DNA of 64,000 nt, taken from the NCBI GenBank assembly GCA_033762915.1, contig JANRLD010000007.1:1-64000 (forward strand), written 5' to 3'. Position 1 is the stretch's first letter, and every line of letters starts with the position of its first letter. Below the pieces are notes generated by a model. That model had not been told where the DNA came from, did not search any database, and was given only the letters and a program-made list of their open reading frames with translations. The stretch comes from Meiothermus sp. GTDB taxonomy: Bacteria; Deinococcota; Deinococci; Deinococcales; Thermaceae. A program made the translations under genes and the position numbers. Shown piece after piece: positions 21,037 to 30,800 of this stretch.

Positions 21037-22857
21037 TTACTGGGTAGGCGGGCGGTGGGTGGCACGCGCCGTCAGGGGATCCAGAGGCCTACAGGCGGCA
21101 AAACGTGGACTGGGCTGCGGCTCGAGGTCGGACAGATAGGGCATTTGGGGGCCTGTGGTCTGGCCAGGGCGCGGTAGCTTTTGGGCCAGCACTTGGCCAA
21201 GCAGCAGGGCCAGTTGGTCTCGAGGCTTGAGTACCCCCTGCTGAGGTGCGACCAGGTCGTCGGGCTCGTAGGGCAGGAACCAGCTGGGGATCAGGCTCCC
21301 CTTCTCATTGGCAAAGTTCAGTTCTTTTTTGGGCATGAACAGGGTGCCGTATTGGCTGGTGCTGCCCACCATGCGGTCGGGGCCTTTGGGCCGCACGGTT
21401 CCCTCCATCGAGAACTGCGAGTCGTCCAGGCTGATAAAGGTGGCGGTATCTTTGCCGCTGCGGTTCACGGCGGGCCGGAGGGGCTGGTTGTTGCAGCGCG
21501 AAGTCTCGGTAAAGCTGAAGGTGTAATCGCCCTCCACCTGAATCCCGACCAACGCCGACAGGGTGTAGGCTCCGCTCGGCCAAACCGTTGCCTGAACGGG
21601 GTTGTTCACAATCCGGGGAAGCGGGGCCGGCTCCCCGCTGGAGGTGAAGCTGTACTCGATGCTGCGTCTCTCGTTGACCTCCTCGCACAGACAGGGCCGG
21701 TCTATATTCAGGCTATAGCTGATTCTGAGGGCTGCCGAAGCACCGGGGCGCAGCCGGGTCTGGAATGCACCGCCCCCATCGAAGTTGTTTCCCGGCGCAA
21801 ATAGGAAGGCCTCGCTGAGGTCGAAGGCATACTGGGCCTGGCCTTCAACCTCAAGGCTTAGCTGCTCTTCTGTGGTGTTCCTGCGCTGGGTGCGGTAGAT
21901 CTCTTGCGACACCTCGAGCCAGCCCTTCGAGTCTTCTACCTGCACTGCCGAGGCCAGCGTTACCGTGCGGCCGCCCTCGCTGACCTGGGCGGTGATCCGC
22001 ACCGGGTTGGGGCTGGGTTTGCGGCCAGGGGCCTTGTACTGTTTTTGTGATTCCCCATTGGTGGCGATCAGTCGCCCTAGCGTGTCGCTGCCGCCCGCCA
22101 CTCCGTTCACCGACCAACCAGTGGCCCGAACCTGGCTGAACTCGAGCAGCGAAAACGAACCATATCCGCCGACCGCCGTAGTGGGGGTCAGTTTGAGTGC
22201 CGTGAGGGTCAGCCTGGCATTGATTTTTACAGTTCCCCTCGAGGGGTACAGCTTGTAGCGGGGGGCCACCGCGTAGTCGCCAGACTTCTGGAAGGTGCCC
22301 CGCAGCCGCACGCCGCCCGCTGCCTGCCCAGCGACCTGGGGTATCACCTCGGTCTGGCGCTCGCTGCTGATCTGCCAGCCCCCGTCTGCGCCCTGGTAGG
22401 CCAGCAGCAGGTCTTCGGGGGCCGTGTTGGCGAGCAGGCCAGAGGGCAGGGTGAAAGCCAGCTCGAGGGGCCTCAGCAGGGTTGCCTCCTGCTCGCCCCC
22501 ACCGTTGACCTTGGCGCTCACCCGATAGGCCAGCCCCAGGCCGCCCAGCAGCCTGTTTTCCACCAGCTGGATGCCAAAGATGGTGAAGTCGGTAACTGCC
22601 CCCGGCGGCACGGTCAGGGTGAGTCGCCCGTCTTGGCTGGTCAGGCTGCCGCCCGCCGCACCGATCAGCGGGCTAGCCCCGACGGTAAAGTTGCTGGCTG
22701 GTTTCGCCACCCCAGTGGTGGGGCGGGGCAACTCGAGGGCGATGTCGTCGGAGGTGTTTCCACCGGGGTTGGTGGGGTCTGTTCTGTCTTGCCCACCGCA
22801 AGCCATCAAGATCAGCAGGCCGAGTATCGGCCAGACATTTACCCAATTCCATCTCAT
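21037..22857 (-). CDS. Lipoprotein with ZU5-like and Ig-like beta domains
   Basis: Lipobox ILMAC; IGAAGGSLTSQDGRLTLTVPPGAV; WSVNGVAGG..YKAP..PSPNPVRITA. Confidence 0.7.
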   Translation of the reverse strand: MRWNWVNVWPILGLLILMACGGQDRTDPTNPGGNTSDDIALELPRPTTGVAKPASNFTVGASPLIGAAGGSLTSQDGRLTLTVPPGAVTDFTIFGIQLVENRLLGGLGLAYRVSAKVNGGGEQEATLLRPLELAFTLPSGLLANTAPEDLLLAYQGADGGWQISSERQTEVIPQVAGQAAGGVRLRGTFQKSGDYAVAPRYKLYPSRGTVKINARLTLTALKLTPTTAVGGYGSFSLLEFSQVRATGWSVNGVAGGSDTLGRLIATNGESQKQYKAPGRKPSPNPVRITAQVSEGGRTVTLASAVQVEDSKGWLEVSQEIYRTQRRNTTEEQLSLEVEGQAQYAFDLSEAFLFAPGNNFDGGGAFQTRLRPGASAALRISYSLNIDRPCLCEEVNERRSIEYSFTSSGEPAPLPRIVNNPVQATVWPSGAYTLSALVGIQVEGDYTFSFTETSRCNNQPLRPAVNRSGKDTATFISLDDSQFSMEGTVRPKGPDRMVGSTSQYGTLFMPKKELNFANEKGSLIPSWFLPYEPDDLVAPQQGVLKPRDQLALLLGQVLAQKLPRPGQTTGPQMPYLSDLEPQPSPRFAACRPLDPLTARATHRPPTQ

Positions 22858-23045
22858 TTCAAACCTTCCCCCGAGGTTGTGGTTTCTTGTTGGTCAAACT
22901 GCGCGGTCAAAAACGCAGTCAGGTCTTTGGGTTCGGCAAAATACCGCCGTTCCTCCCCCTGACTCACCGAGGCCCGCCAGCGCTCACCTTGAGGGCTTGG
23001 CTCGAACCAGACCCGCAGCACGTAGACTTTGGAGGCGGTGTTCAT
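22854..23045 (-). CDS. Small hypothetical protein (63 aa)
   Basis: MNTASKVYVLRVWFEPSPQGERWRASVSQGEERRYF...; stop overlaps the next ATG (ATGA). Confidence 0.65.
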   Translation of the reverse strand: MNTASKVYVLRVWFEPSPQGERWRASVSQGEERRYFAEPKDLTAFLTAQFDQQETTTSGEGLK

Positions 23046-23119
23046 AAGGACAAAAGGCCAGCGAGCGCTTCGCGCCGAGGCAGGACGAGGGAGGAAAAGA
23101 GAAGGGAGACCGCGTGATG

Positions 23120-23220
23120 GCGTTTGCCATCCATACTCCGCCCACGCTGCCGCGCAAAAGCGGAGTATTGTGCTCAGTAAGGCAAAAACCACCTTTCCGA
23201 GTGTTCGTGGGAACCGCTCT
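23120..23220 (-). repeat. Dispersed repeat family B (MITE/REP-like), inverted copy
   Basis: Reverse complement reads AGAGCGGTTCCCACGAACACTC...GTGGGCGGAGTATG...AAACGC, as at 37331 and 54209. Confidence 0.85.
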
Positions 23221-23267
23221 GACCGGTGTAGACTCTCCCTCTTTTCACCTTTTCCTTACCTCTGTGT

Positions 23268-24017
23268 TCACCTGATCTCGAGCCCTGTGGCAGTAAACTT
23301 CAGCCGATCCGGGCGCACCCCTAGGGCGGACTCGAGGGCCACCCCGGCGATCTCGCGGTAGGTCTCGAGGAGTTCTTTGTCGTTTTGCTCGGTGGCCACG
23401 ACATAGCCCATCAGCGGAAGGGTGGCCATCAGCACGAAGGTCTCGTAGAGCTTCTGGCGATCCTGGGCCGAGAGCGCCTTGAAGGCCGCCGAGCTGCCAA
23501 AGGCCGCGTCGGAGTTGGCCTGGAGGTTCATCAGCGCGGCCTCGGAGGGCTCCTCGCCGTAGTGCACCAGATAGGTCACGCCCACCAGGTAGGCGAAGGC
23601 CATCGCCACGTTGTTGGGGCGGTTGAGGCGCTTGGCCTCGTCCTCGAAGGCCTTAAAAGCCTCGGCAAAGGCCGCGTTCATCTCCCGGACGATGGCGGGG
23701 TCGCTGCTGAGGCTGCGGACGAATCCACCCACCATCAGGCGCTGCGGGCTGGGGCGGAAGCCGGTCTGCTGCGCGGCCTTGGCCTGGTTGCGGGCAGCAG
23801 CCTGGGCGTTCTGGTTGCTGATGTTGCGCTGGTTCACGCGGTCTAGGTTTTTTTGGGCCTGACGCACCGCCGCCGAGTTGATCTGGACGCTCAGGTAGGC
23901 ATTCATGTTGGCGAAGCTGAGGCTGCTGGGCGCACCGAATTGGGCCAGCGCCGGGCCAAAGCCTGCGCCGAGCGTGAGCAGGGCGGTTGTGAGGGCGGTC
24001 TGTAGAATCTTTTTCAT
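23268..24017 (-). CDS. Secreted helical protein (DUF6683-like)
   Basis: Signal peptide MKKILQTAL..PALAQ; NNVAMAFAYLV, DRQKLYE, LGVRPDRLKFTATGL; CAGGAG RBS. Confidence 0.65.
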   Translation of the reverse strand: MKKILQTALTTALLTLGAGFGPALAQFGAPSSLSFANMNAYLSVQINSAAVRQAQKNLDRVNQRNISNQNAQAAARNQAKAAQQTGFRPSPQRLMVGGFVRSLSSDPAIVREMNAAFAEAFKAFEDEAKRLNRPNNVAMAFAYLVGVTYLVHYGEEPSEAALMNLQANSDAAFGSSAAFKALSAQDRQKLYETFVLMATLPLMGYVVATEQNDKELLETYREIAGVALESALGVRPDRLKFTATGLEIR

Positions 24018-24044
24018 GTCAGTCTCCTGGCGGTGCTTGCTCAA

Positions 24045-25067
24045 CTAAGGGGCGGAGTAGATCACGGTCACGTTGAAGGCCATGCCGTTGGCGAGGGCCG
24101 CGCCGTCCTGGCGGAAAATGCACCACGCGCCGCTGGTGTTGCGGAACACCCCAATGGCTGAGTTGAGGGTCTGGTCGCCCGAGGCGGTGTAGTTGTGGGT
24201 GACGGTGAGGATGGCGCTGGGGTCGGTGAGGTTGGTGCAGGTCTGGTTGGGGCCAGCCGTGTTGGCGACGGTCTTGAGGTGGACGAAGGCGGCTCGGCGG
24301 GCGGCATTTCCGCGCACGCGAATGGGGCCTTCGACCTCGAGCGCATTGCCGGAAGCGCTTCCCGTATAGAGGCCGGTGCCGTCGGTGCTCGAGGCCACCA
24401 CTCCGGTGCCTGTCCCGATGGCCTGCCCGAACACGCCCGCCGTGGCCAGGCCCGTACCGTTGGTCTGCCCGTACACTCCGCTCCCGACAGTGGAGGTGCC
24501 GCGTACTCCGTTTCCGGCCCCGGTGTTGCTGCCCACAACCGCACCCTCGTTGAGTTGAGCGGTGCTGCTGTTCACCTGCAAAACATTCCCGGTTCCGGCG
24601 GCCCCGGTCAGGGTCAGTGGCAGCGCGACCTTGGCCCCGGTCACTGAGGCGTTTGCCAGCATCGCGGTGGTGACGGCCCTGCTCCCTATCGAGAAGGTGC
24701 TGCCGCTCAGGCTCAGGCCCGGCCCGGCGGTGTAGGTGGTGCTTGGTGAGCCTAGGATGTCGTCGGCCCAGACCAGCGCGCCGCCCTGGAGCTTGAGCAC
24801 CTTGCCGTCGGCGGCACTCCCGCCCACCGCCAGCTTGGGCAGCGTGACCGCCCCATCGCTCAGCCGGTCGGTGCCGATGGGGGCGGAAGCCTGGGCCTCG
24901 AGGGCCACCACCGCCGTCCGCAGGGTCGTGAAGTTTTGGTTCACGTCGGCCGACTTGATGGGCGTGTTGGGCTGGAAGGCGATCAGGTCGCCCACCGCCA
25001 CCGCAACCAATCCGCCTGCCACCAGTGCACCGCCGAGTACGAAGAGTTTCAATGGATGTTTCGACAT
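24045..25067 (-). CDS. Secreted Gly-rich fibre/adhesin-like protein
   Basis: Signal-like N-terminus, FQPNTPIKSADVNQNF, LSDGAVTLPKLA / LANASVTGAKV repeats, GxGVxG beta-repeats. Confidence 0.65.
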   Translation of the reverse strand: MSKHPLKLFVLGGALVAGGLVAVAVGDLIAFQPNTPIKSADVNQNFTTLRTAVVALEAQASAPIGTDRLSDGAVTLPKLAVGGSAADGKVLKLQGGALVWADDILGSPSTTYTAGPGLSLSGSTFSIGSRAVTTAMLANASVTGAKVALPLTLTGAAGTGNVLQVNSSTAQLNEGAVVGSNTGAGNGVRGTSTVGSGVYGQTNGTGLATAGVFGQAIGTGTGVVASSTDGTGLYTGSASGNALEVEGPIRVRGNAARRAAFVHLKTVANTAGPNQTCTNLTDPSAILTVTHNYTASGDQTLNSAIGVFRNTSGAWCIFRQDGAALANGMAFNVTVIYSAP

Positions 25068-25076
25068 GTCTCGCTC

Positions 25077-25205
25077 CTATTGCCAGCGGGCTTCGTCCCA
25101 CTTGCCGTTGTCCCAGGTGTCTTTGCCGTCCGTCTGATTGCCACCCCCGCAGGCCGCGACCAACAGAGCGAGAAAGGCCAGAGCCAGAATCCATTTACGC
25201 TTCAA
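25077..25205 (-). CDS. 42-aa lipoprotein with a Trp-repeat tail (absent from the ORF track)
   Basis: TTG start after AAGGAG; MKRKWILALAFLALLVAAC-GGGNQTDGKDTWDNGKWDEARWQ. Confidence 0.8.
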   Translation of the reverse strand: MKRKWILALAFLALLVAACGGGNQTDGKDTWDNGKWDEARWQ

Positions 25206-25220
25206 AGCAGTCTCCTTCGC

Positions 25221-27824
25221 CTACTTCTGAACCGTTATCGTTGCGCCTTGAATCGGTAGGCCGCTCACGGGTGGGTTGCCCTGGGCGCTGAGGGCCGTCA
25301 GGCTGAGTTGGTATGTTCTATTGACCGTATTGGTGTTGGTATTTCCGCCCCCGCTGCAGGCTGCCAGGGTGAGCGCCAAGGCAACCGCTAAGAAGGCGGC
25401 CCGCAGCGAGCGCAGGCGCCACGCGCCGACCAGCAACATTGTCAGCAGGGTCAGGAGCAGCGGAGACGGCAGTGCGGGGAGGATCGAGGCTTTGAGCACG
25501 GCGGGCCTCGAGGCCAGCACGGTGTTGAAGTCCGCCGCCACGATGAACTGGGTGCTAGAGACGCTCAGATTCACTGCCGAGGCCGGGCTGAGGGTCAGGG
25601 TGCCGTCGTTGGCACTGAAGGTCCCGCTTGCCACGGGGGTCTCGCCCGCGTCAACCTGGCCATTGGCGTTGGCGTCTGGGATCAGCTTGACCGAGGTGAG
25701 GTCGAGGCTGTCGTTGCCGCTGCCGGAGGCTTGCAGGGTGAGGCTCTGGAATTGGGTGGCGCTGCTGGGGGTCAGGGTGAAGGCCAGCATCGGCACGTTG
25801 GTGTCGCCTTTGTTGCGGGTAGAGTTGCCGGGGGCATTGGCGGGTTGGGCCACGGTGAGGGTGCCGGTGGGGGCATTGGGGCCAGTGAAGGTGGCGGTGA
25901 CGCTCTTGGCCGCGTCCATGGTGACCGAGCAGGTGCCGGTGCCGCTGCAAGCCCCACTCCAGCCCGTGAAGCTCGAGCCCCCGGCTGGTGTGGCGGTCAG
26001 GGTGACGGTTGAGCCCTGGGCAAAGCTCGAGGCGCAGGTGGCCCCGCAGTCGACACCGGCAGGATTGCTGATGACCGTGCCCGTGCCGTTGCCCGCTTTG
26101 CTCACGGCGAGGCTCTGGGTTGGCCCGGTGTTGAAGGTTGCGCTCACAGACTGGGCCGCGCTCATGGTCACGGTGCAAGCCCCGGTGCCCGTGCAGGCTC
26201 CGCCCCAGCCCGCGAACACCGAGCCAGCGGCGGGCGTGGGGGTGAGGGTCACGCTGGCCCCGTCAGCGAAGGTAAAGGTGCAGGTACTGCCGCAGTTGAT
26301 GCCCGCCGGATTGCTGCTGATGGTTCCCGAGCCGGTGCCTGCGCGGCTGAGCGTCAGGCTGCGCCCCAGGCGGTATTCCACCGTGAAGGTGGGGTTACCG
26401 CCGCCCGGCACCACGAAGGACTGGGTGGCGGGGCTGGCCACATAGGTGTCTCCCCCAAAGCTGACCGAGGGCGGAGAGCTAAAATACTGCCCTGCGTCGG
26501 CGCTCGAGACGCTCTGCCCGGTGCCCGCGAGGATGCTGAAGGTGCGGCTATAGTTGTTGGGCCCGGTGACGGGGATGCTGGCGATGGCTCCGCTGGGTAG
26601 CCCGTTGGTGGTGATGCTAAACGAGCCGACGGTGAGTGGCGGCAGGACCGCGAAGTTGGCGGTGACGGTGCGGGCTTGATCCATTGTGACCGAGCAAGTA
26701 GGGTTGCCCACCACGCCCGCACAGCCCGACCACCCGGTGAAGCTCGAGCCGGGGTCGGGGGTGGCGGTGAGCGTAACCACGGTTCCGCCGGTGAAGCTTT
26801 GGCTACAGGTCGCTCCGCAGCTCAAACCCTGCGGGTCGCTGCTGACGCTGCCTGAGCCCGCGCCGCCTTTGCTCAGGCTGAGGTTGAAGGCCTGGGCGCT
26901 GGCCCCATTGGCGGTGAAGCGCTGTTCCGGGCCGAAGAACGTGCCCGAGGTGGTAGCGAATCGGGCGCGCCAATAGAGGGTGCCGCTGAACCCGGCGCTC
27001 AGGGTCAGATCGGTGGTGACGGTCACGCCGTTGACGGTGTTGGAGACGCTTGCGGGGGCGAAGTTGCCTTGGTTGTAGTTACCGGACACCGTGCCCACAT
27101 CAATAGAGGCCGTCCCGGCCTGGAAAAAGTTGTAGATGAAGGTGGTCAGGCGGTAGGTGGTTCCGCCCTGGAAGGTCGTGCTGGGGGCGGGGTAGTTGAC
27201 CACCGGTCTATACCCCACCACCACCGCCTGCTGCACCGTCACGTTGCCGCTGGCACTGCTGACTCGAGCCCGCAGCCAGTTCTGCTGGGGCTCGCCCAAC
27301 CCGTTCAGCGCCCGGTTGAAGCGAACCGGCACATTAATCTCAAAGGTCCAGCCCGAGGCCACCGCGCCGAAGCCAAACTGCAGGCCACCGTTGGGGCCGT
27401 TGGCGGGGGTCTGGGAGCAGGCCCCGGTGTTGCCAGGAAGCGGCACATTCTCCGAATAGCCGTCTCTGAGGCGGCGGGCGATGCAGCGCACCGGGTTCTG
27501 GGCGCTCGCCGCCAACTCCGCTCCTGGGGGCAAGAAGAACTCGAAGCCCAGCACATCGCCGCCCGAGCAGGGGTTGCCCACCACCGCCGCCACTGCCTGC
27601 ACGTAGGTCACGTCGCCGGTCTGGGGGAAGAGCGGCGAGGTGCCGCCCCAGTAGGCGGCATAGGCGGTGACGGCGGTCTCGGGGGTGAAGGTCACGCAGG
27701 CGATTCCGGGGATAAAGCCGAAGCTGCCGCTGAGCCAGCGGTTCTGGGCAAAGCCCTGGCTGCCCAGCCCGAGGGCCAGCAAGACGACCAGCAGCCTCGA
27801 GAAACCCAGCACATCTCTCCTCAT
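25221..27824 (-). CDS. Large secreted surface protein with three divergent InlB B-repeat-like domains
   Basis: Signal peptide; 3x G.GSG.V.S.P.G..CG..C...F..G..VTLT.TP..GS.F.GW.G.C....C.VTM.....V.A.F; internal TM pair with LAAC near the C-terminus. Confidence 0.8.
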   Translation of the reverse strand: MRRDVLGFSRLLVVLLALGLGSQGFAQNRWLSGSFGFIPGIACVTFTPETAVTAYAAYWGGTSPLFPQTGDVTYVQAVAAVVGNPCSGGDVLGFEFFLPPGAELAASAQNPVRCIARRLRDGYSENVPLPGNTGACSQTPANGPNGGLQFGFGAVASGWTFEINVPVRFNRALNGLGEPQQNWLRARVSSASGNVTVQQAVVVGYRPVVNYPAPSTTFQGGTTYRLTTFIYNFFQAGTASIDVGTVSGNYNQGNFAPASVSNTVNGVTVTTDLTLSAGFSGTLYWRARFATTSGTFFGPEQRFTANGASAQAFNLSLSKGGAGSGSVSSDPQGLSCGATCSQSFTGGTVVTLTATPDPGSSFTGWSGCAGVVGNPTCSVTMDQARTVTANFAVLPPLTVGSFSITTNGLPSGAIASIPVTGPNNYSRTFSILAGTGQSVSSADAGQYFSSPPSVSFGGDTYVASPATQSFVVPGGGNPTFTVEYRLGRSLTLSRAGTGSGTISSNPAGINCGSTCTFTFADGASVTLTPTPAAGSVFAGWGGACTGTGACTVTMSAAQSVSATFNTGPTQSLAVSKAGNGTGTVISNPAGVDCGATCASSFAQGSTVTLTATPAGGSSFTGWSGACSGTGTCSVTMDAAKSVTATFTGPNAPTGTLTVAQPANAPGNSTRNKGDTNVPMLAFTLTPSSATQFQSLTLQASGSGNDSLDLTSVKLIPDANANGQVDAGETPVASGTFSANDGTLTLSPASAVNLSVSSTQFIVAADFNTVLASRPAVLKASILPALPSPLLLTLLTMLLVGAWRLRSLRAAFLAVALALTLAACSGGGNTNTNTVNRTYQLSLTALSAQGNPPVSGLPIQGATITVQK

Positions 27825-27887
27825 GCCGCGAGGGTAGCAGGGGGTGCGTCACCGGAGCGTCACTGGGCTGGCTGTGGGCCTGCCCAC

Positions 27888-30800
27888 TCAACGCTTCGGC
27901 GCTTTGATTTTTAGCGCCAGCTTCGCTGCGCTTGCGGCCTCGAGCACGGCCTGGTTGATCGGGTTTCGCCCCAGGAAACCCTCCTTGTATTCCGGCGGGA
28001 CCCGGGTCTCGAGCGTCCCCTCGAGCCAGCCCAGGGCGGCCTCGAGGTGTTCTTGGGCCGCTGAACTGCCCAGCGCCAGTGCCACCCGATAGCGGGTGAA
28101 GGGCAACTCGAGCCCATAGAGGAAGGGTGGGTGAACCTCGCGGCTTTTTAGGGCGGCCTCCTCGATACAGGCTCGTGCTTCTTCGAGCTGCCCCGCCTCG
28201 AGCCGGCCTTGAGCCAGCCGGGTCAGGGCGAAGACCTCAAAACCTTTGAGCCCGATACTGCGGGCCAGCTCGAGGGCCTCCTCGGCCAGCGGAATGGCCT
28301 TGTCTGGGGGCGACAAGGGGGCGAGCTGCAGGGCCAGATTGATCCGGGTCGAGGCAGGCCAGTGTGGGCGGATGGTGGCTTTGATCTGCTCGAGCATTCC
28401 TGCCACATCCTGTCCTGCTCGAGCCTTCAGGGTGGTCTGGAGCATCTGTATGGCTATGCTGCGGCGCAGCAGGTTGGCTGGGTGGGCCAGGGCCTGCTCG
28501 AGGTGTGCGAGGGCTGCCCCATCGGCCCCCAACACGGCCAAGGTTCGGGCCAGCAGGTAGTGCATCCCCCCCAGCAGGCGGTGGTCACCCTTGCCCAGCG
28601 CGATTAACCCGCCTTGGGCGGCCTCGAGGCTATGGCCGTACTGGGCCAGCTGGTAGTGGCAGTCGCTCAGGGCATAGGCCACCGTGAAGGCCCGCTCGCT
28701 GGCCCCAGAAACCCCCTCTAGCAACTGCCCTGCCTTGAGGGCGGCCTCCAGGGCTTGTCTGGGCTGTCCGCTAAGGATCAAACTTTCGGCGATGGTGGTC
28801 AGGGTTTGGGCGGCACCAAGCTTCTCGCCGCCCAACTCGAGCAGGTGAAGGGCTTGTCCCAGATTTGCGCGGGCCTCGAGGTGCCTGTCCAGAAAGACCT
28901 GCGCCGCGCCCAGGTAGGCGGTGCTGGGGGCAATCAGTTCGGGCGAGCCCAGGTTGTGGCTGAGGTGCACCGAGCGCTGTAACAGGGGGATGGATTCGGG
29001 GTAGCGATCCTGATACCAGAGGTTGATGGCCAGCAGGTTCTGCAGCTCAACCTCTAGCCTGGCATCGCCGCTCTCGAGGGCGGCCTGATAGCCCCGGCGC
29101 GTAGCCTTCTCGCCTGCGGCCACCTGGCCCATCATGGTGAGCCAGCGGCCCTCCACAATCCCCGCGGTGGCCTGTTGCTGGGGCGTCTGGGCCATGCGCC
29201 GGATGCGCGCACTGACCGCCTGATGGTGTGCCGAAGGGGCCACGTTATCCAGCAGCTGTGCGGTCTCCCAGACCAGTTCGAAGGCCCGGGGCTGTTCACC
29301 CAGGGTCTCCAGCGCATCGGCGGCTGACCCGTAAAGCCGCAGGGTTTCCTCAAGGTTGTAGGTGTGCCGGGCAACCTGGGCTGCCTCGAGCAGAAAAGGC
29401 ACCGCCCTGGACAGGTTATCCGCCTCGAGCCAGTGACCCGCCACGCGGGCCGGGTCGGAGTTTTTGGAGGCCAAAAACTCTGCCACCCGGCGGTGCAGAT
29501 AGGTTTTTATCGGTGCGGGCAGGGTGTCGCGCACGGTCTCAAAGAGCAGGTCGTGAACAAAGCGGTTGCCCTGCAAGATTTGGGCGGCCTCGAGTTCGGC
29601 CCACGGCTCGGTCAGGGTCAGCGGGCTGGTGTCCATCACCAGTGCCGCCAACTCGGGGCCGAAGTCCGAGGCCGCAACCGCAGCCACTCGAGCCAGGTTC
29701 AGCGCGAAGGCCGAAAGCCGTTCCAGGCGCCGCCCGATCACCGCCTTGACCTTGCCGGCCACCGGCAGCCGCTCGGGCCTGCCGTGCTGTAGGTCGCCTG
29801 ACTCCCACAGGCTTTTTAGGGTCTCGAGCACGAAGAATGGGTTGCCGCCCGTGTAGCGGCCCAGGCTGGCCACGAGACCGTCCAGGTGCGGCAGCTCCAG
29901 GCTTTGCAGCAGCTGGTGTAGGCCCCCGGCTTCCAGGGCTTGGAGCTGGATTCTTACCGCCCAACCGGCCTCCACTGCGTGCTCGAGGCGGGCCTGGTGG
30001 GCGGTGTCGAGTTCGCCTTGGCGGTAGGCGCTGAGGGTGCGCACTTTGCCACCTGCCATCAGCCGCCCGAAGAGGTACTGGTTGGCCTCGAGGGTGGCCG
30101 GGTCGAAAAACTGGAGGTCGTCCACCGCGACGACCCTCACGCCCTGGTCGATCACGGCCTGCTGGGCTGCGGCCAGTGCCTCAAAGAAGCGCAGCTTTTG
30201 TTCCTCAGAGGCTATGGGGCTGGGCGGGGGGCCGCCCAGCTCCGGCAGCACCCGCGACAGCTCCTGACGCACCCACTGGGGTAGCTCGAGGCCGGGAAAA
30301 CGGGACAGGTCTTCGCGCAGCCTGCGCGAAAAAAAGGAGTACGGCACCTGGGCATCGCCGGGCCGACCCTGATGCAGCACGAAGGGCCCGTGGGCCTGTA
30401 CGAAGTCGGTCAGCAAGCGGGTCTTGCCGACCCCCGGCGGGCCTTCCAGCACCACCATCTGCCCCCGCGCCCAGGCCGCCTCCATCTCCGCCCACTCCCG
30501 CTCTCGGCCCACCAGCACGGGCGGGCGGAGTACCGTGAGTGGAATTGCCGTGGGGGTGTTGGCGGGGGCGGCCACCTCCCTGCCCCGCTCGATCAGGCGC
30601 AACAGCTCGAGGGTCTCGGCGAAAGGTTTGATGCCCAGTTCCTTCTGCAACACCGCCTCGCAGCGCTCGAAGGCCGCCACTGCTGCCGAGCGATCCCCCA
30701 GCAGGTAGTGCAGGCGCATCACCCGGCGGTGGGCCAATTCCGAGACCGGCTCGGCCTCGAGCCAGCGCTCGGCGTAGCCCAGGGCCCCGCGCAAATCGCC

